A DNA stretch of 64,000 bases. Origin: Chiloscyllium plagiosum. Taxonomy: Eukaryota. Positions 63,741 to 64,000 of this stretch are shown here, piece after piece. Position 1 is the first letter of the stretch; the number at the start of each line of letters is the position of its first letter. The DNA lies in the NCBI RefSeq assembly GCF_004010195.1, contig NC_057728.1:6336863-6400862 (forward strand), given 5' to 3'. Made by a program: the position numbers and the translations under genes. The notes beneath the pieces are model-generated. The model was not told the DNA's origin. It saw only the letters and a program-made list of their open reading frames with translations, and did no database searches.

Positions 63741-64000
63741 ATGTACTTACAGATCTGTATAATGAGAGGTGGATGCCAAGGAAATGAGTGGGTTTAAAGG
63801 GGACATTAAAAACATAATTGAAGAGTTCTGAAAACCGAAAGAGATGGGTTGACACAAAATCATTCAAACGAACAAAGTTTATCATCAAGGAGCAATGTGA
63901 TCCAGATATATTTATTTTACAAATTATTGCCCAATATATCAAATTGACTGCTGAGTTTAAGTCAATGAATATTTTATATCTAACGTTGTCACTGGGATTT

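Overview
Vertebrate genomic DNA, almost certainly a shark (HE1/V-SINEs, DeuSINEs, dense CR1/HER1-type LINE debris, Penelope-like elements), with one ~500-N assembly gap (33358-33857). Three genes are visible. (1) A ~6-kb single coding exon on + (ORF 5178-11153, 1991 aa, low complexity), most likely RESF1/KIAA1551; this call rests on neighbourhood and exon architecture. (2) Five + strand exons of AMN1 (33945-43873); its N-terminal exons were not found. (3) The last two coding exons of ETFBKMT/METTL20 on - (60594-60724, 44375-44736), convergent with AMN1, with only 501 bp between the stop codons. Most of the rest is transposon-derived. The most notable unannotated structure is about ten minimal hammerhead-ribozyme motifs from at least four Penelope-like families; several sit in 97-617 bp insertions with readable target-site duplications (TSDs). 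There are also two solo LTRs with 4-bp TSDs, two Tigger/pogo elements and several local tandem duplications. I found no clear evidence of an undescribed multi-gene system. Exon and TSD boundaries were read base by base; boundaries of degraded repeats are approximate.
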